The notes beneath the pieces were generated by a model, which was not told the origin of the DNA, made no database searches, and saw only the letters and a program-made list of their open reading frames with translations. A stretch of 64,000 nt of DNA from Marsupella aquatica. Lineage: Eukaryota; Plantae; Marchantiophyta. Each line of letters starts with the position of its first letter. The first letter of the stretch is position 1. Where the stretch lies: positions 510,917-574,916 of the forward strand of contig OZ316892.1 in the NCBI GenBank assembly GCA_973895155.1. Direction: 5' to 3'. This document shows, piece after piece, positions 61,900 through 64,000 of this stretch. Position numbers and translations under genes: made by a program.

Positions 61900-64000
61900 T
61901 AGCTCCCCACTTAATTGTGAAGCGTCCTCGCGAACAACTTCATCTTCGTCCATATAGTATTTCTTGAGGCGGTCATAATGGATGCGAACTGGATATACCT
62001 CTCCCGTAATGTTGGCCAATTGCACGGAGCCATTGGGGAACATCATGGTTACTCTAAAGGGTCCTAACCAGCGAGTGTAAAGCTTTCCTGGAAACCTACT
62101 ATACCTACTGTCATAAAGTAGCACAAGATCACCGGTATGAATACTAACTACTTTTAACCTTTTATCATACTGCTGCTTCATGATATTCTGTCTATATTCT
62201 ACTCTCTCGGCTGAAATCATTCTCGCTTCCTCTAAAGCTTCTAACCTATATTCTCGCTCCTTTAGGCTCTCCTCCGCTGAGGCTCTTTCCTCAATTGTAA
62301 CTTGAAATGTCGGTATCTCAAGTTGCATGGGTACCAGGGCTTCTTGTCCAAAGGTTAAGAAGAAGGGTGTATGACCGGTAGTGGATTTATAGGCAAGATT
62401 GTAAGCAAAAACAGCAGCAAACAATTTATCATCCCAATCGAGTTTGTTCTGAGCTACTGTCTTGTTCAATATCTTTCCTATGATTCCGTTTGCTCGTTCT
62501 GTCAACCCGTTTGCCTTTGGATGGTAGGGAGTAGTAGGCCTATGTTTAACTAAATACTGCTCATTTAAACGACTAATTATATCATTCAAAAAATGGGTTC
62601 CTCTATCACTAACTAATTCTAGGGGTGCTCCATACCTGGTGAAGATCTGCTCATACATGAATCTAGCCGTAGTAATTGCATCATCCTTCGTTGTTGGTCT
62701 GGCCTCTACCCATTTAGTTGCATAATCCGTAGCCAGGATTATGTACTTGTTCCATCGAGGGTGGGTCAGTGGTTTCAGAGGTCCAATGTAATCAATACCC
62801 CACTTCTCGAATGGTGCCAGAGGTAGAATAGGGTGCAGTGGATGCCTGGTGGACGCCCTTGGTCCTCCCGCTCGTTGACAAGGATCGCATTGTTTGATAA
62901 ACTGATAGACATCTTTGTGCAAGGTGGGCCACCAGTAACCGGCATTTAATATCTTCTTAGACGTGGTTACTGGGGCAAAATGTCCTCCGGCCTCCTCTCC
63001 ATGCATGGCCCGTAGGACTCGTTTTACCTCTCTCTTTTCCAAACACCTTTGAATCGTGCCGTTGATTCCATGCTTGTGCAGTATGCCTTTAATGCACTGA
63101 TACTGTCTGACCTTCCGCACAAAGAATGCGGCTTGCTCTCGGCTTAATCCTGGCTGTAATCTGGAAGTGCTGAGAAATTGTAAAATCTCAGGGTACCATG
63201 TACCAGCTATCTCCACAACGAATAGCTCCTCGTCGGGGAATCGATCATCGATGCAATCCGTGGCAGGTTTACCTGTGATCCTTGAAAAGAAGTCGGCATT
63301 GGCATGTAACTTTCCCGGCTTGATCCTTAGCTCATAGTCAAACTCCTGTAATAGCAAAATCCATCTTGCTACTCTGCCTGTAAGGTCCGGCTTATTGACT
63401 AGGTACTTCAAACTTTCATGATCAGTATGAAAGATTACCTTGTACCCTAGTAAATAATGCCTAAACTTTTTACAAGAATAAATGACTCCTAATGCTTCTC
63501 TTTCCGTGGTAGAGTAGTTCCGTTCGGCATCGGCAAGCTGACGGCTTGCGAAGTATATGGGATGGTCCCTTCCTTTCTCATCCAACTGACTTAGTACTGA
63601 GCCAATAGAGAAGCCCGAGACATCTACAAAAACATGAAAATCTTTGTTCCAGTCCGGTGCTATCATGACTGGGGCCTCTACTAACATCTGCTTCAATTCT
63701 ACCACCGCTGTGACTCGTTCGGGTGTGGGTTCGAAGTCTGCTCCTGCCTTGAGCATGTTGGTTAATGGTAAAGCCAGCTTGGCAAAATCCTTGATGAACC
63801 GGCGATAGTAACCAATGCATCCCAAGAAGGATCTTACATCCTTTATGTTCTTAGGTTGCATGATATCTAGCCATACTGCTAGCTTACCTTTGTCAATCTC
63901 AATGCCCTTCCTTGATACCTTGTGACCTAGTAGCACCCCCTCGGTTACTGCAAAAAAACATTTATCTGGGTGTAACTTGAGACCCACCTCTCTACATCTC
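61888..64000 (-). CDS. pol: pol (partial RT, RNase H, integrase), open to the window edge
   Basis: 699-aa ORF nearly identical to the C-terminal part of 1586-4852. Confidence 0.94.
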   Translation of the reverse strand, partial: RCREVGLKLHPDKCFFAVTEGVLLGHKVSRKGIEIDKGKLAVWLDIMQPKNIKDVRSFLGCIGYYRRFIKDFAKLALPLTNMLKAGADFEPTPERVTAVVELKQMLVEAPVMIAPDWNKDFHVFVDVSGFSIGSVLSQLDEKGRDHPIYFASRQLADAERNYSTTEREALGVIYSCKKFRHYLLGYKVIFHTDHESLKYLVNKPDLTGRVARWILLLQEFDYELRIKPGKLHANADFFSRITGKPATDCIDDRFPDEELFVVEIAGTWYPEILQFLSTSRLQPGLSREQAAFFVRKVRQYQCIKGILHKHGINGTIQRCLEKREVKRVLRAMHGEEAGGHFAPVTTSKKILNAGYWWPTLHKDVYQFIKQCDPCQRAGGPRASTRHPLHPILPLAPFEKWGIDYIGPLKPLTHPRWNKYIILATDYATKWVEARPTTKDDAITTARFMYEQIFTRYGAPLELVSDRGTHFLNDIISRLNEQYLVKHRPTTPYHPKANGLTERANGIIGKILNKTVAQNKLDWDDKLFAAVFAYNLAYKSTTGHTPFFLTFGQEALVPMQLEIPTFQVTIEERASAEESLKEREYRLEALEEARMISAERVEYRQNIMKQQYDKRLKVVSIHTGDLVLLYDSRYSRFPGKLYTRWLGPFRVTMMFPNGSVQLANITGEVYPVRIHYDRLKKYYMDEDEVVREDASQLSGELCDA

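Larger units (their letters stand above)
60796..64000 (-). mobile_element. Family A copy 3 (short-LTR variant), inserted antisense into copy 2; continues beyond the window
   Basis: pol is near-identical to copy 1; PPT present; LTR ends ...GCACCACA at 60796; expected TSD AGCTG (60791-60795). Confidence 0.92.

Overview
Repeat-rich nuclear DNA from a non-seed land plant (probably a bryophyte; inferred from the PLS-DYW PPR style). There are two host genes: an 8-coding-exon chloroplast-type NAD kinase (NADK2, 31640-36403 +, with one GC-AG intron) and an intronless PLS-E-DYW PPR RNA-editing factor (47533-50406 +). The rest is mostly nested transposons: a full-length degenerate Ty1/copia element with a matching solo LTR, LINE, MULE and Tc1/mariner remnants, a Crypton-like tyrosine-recombinase pseudogene, and several non-chromoviral Ty3/gypsy copies. 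The main discovery is that these gypsy elements carry a large protein-coding gene inside the LTR itself. The family-A LTR is 4657 bp (4841-9497) and holds a ~1209-codon ORF with an Arg/Lys-rich NLS, a plant-transposon/PMD-like domain, a long coiled coil and no obvious TM helix. A second family occurs as a TSD-flanked 4237-bp solo LTR (14876-19112) holding a homologous ORF behind its own TATA box. A near-identical sister element has a 1.1-kb LTR lacking the cassette between GGGAAG direct repeats. Family A also has a canonical -1 frameshift signal (G GAU UUU plus a pseudoknot) between protease and RT, and three LTR families share a GCC-loop hairpin motif. The upstream region of the PPR gene is duplicated in inverted orientation on the other side of NADK2.
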